A stretch of 50,136 nt of DNA, filler included, from Catajapyx aquilonaris (Eukaryota), in the NCBI GenBank assembly GCA_000934665.2. It is 2 parts of 2 records of this genome, joined end to end, with 100 filler letters (N's around TTAATTAATTAA, not from the genome) between each part and the next. Parts side by side here need not be neighbours in the genome. Positions count along the whole stretch, not along the records: positions 25,194 to 50,136 come from KZ539352.1; 1 more part is not named here. One strand, written 5' to 3'. The position numbers were made by a program, and so were the translations under genes. The notes beneath the pieces are model-generated. The model was given only the letters and a program-made list of their open reading frames with translations, had not been told where the DNA came from and ran no database searches. Shown here piece after piece: positions 50,112 to 50,136 of this stretch. Every line of letters starts with the position of its first letter. Position 1 is the stretch's first letter.

Positions 50112-50136
50112 CGGTAAAGGAGCCTTATATCTAAAG

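Overview
Eukaryotic (arthropod-like, probably insect; species not determinable from sequence) genomic DNA with five intron-containing genes. They are: the last 4 exons of translation release factor eRF3/GSPT (+); the last 3 coding exons of GW182/TNRC6 (-), followed by a probable ~10 kb 3' UTR converging on eRF3; a C1orf198/DUF4706-like gene (-, 3' end not found); a complete 7-exon PUS10 (+, 524 aa); and a complete 4-coding-exon lysocardiolipin acyltransferase LCLAT1 (-, 374 aa). Introns are crowded with non-autonomous DNA transposons (Kolobok/T2-, Academ-, hAT-, Tc1/mariner-, pogo- and CACTA-like termini) and tRNA-derived SINEs. An artificial 100-nt linker (N44-TTAATTAATTAA-N44, 25094-25193) splits the window, so adjacency across it is unproven. 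The most notable observations are a structure-conserved but sequence-variable SINE 3' stem-loop seen in six copies, a triple-nested transposon, the tail-to-tail eRF3/GW182 arrangement with a TE-free long UTR and a 3' UTR intron, and a loopless ~280-bp palindrome in an LCLAT1 intron. I found no convincing wholly new gene system. All coordinates were read by eye and may be off by a few bases.
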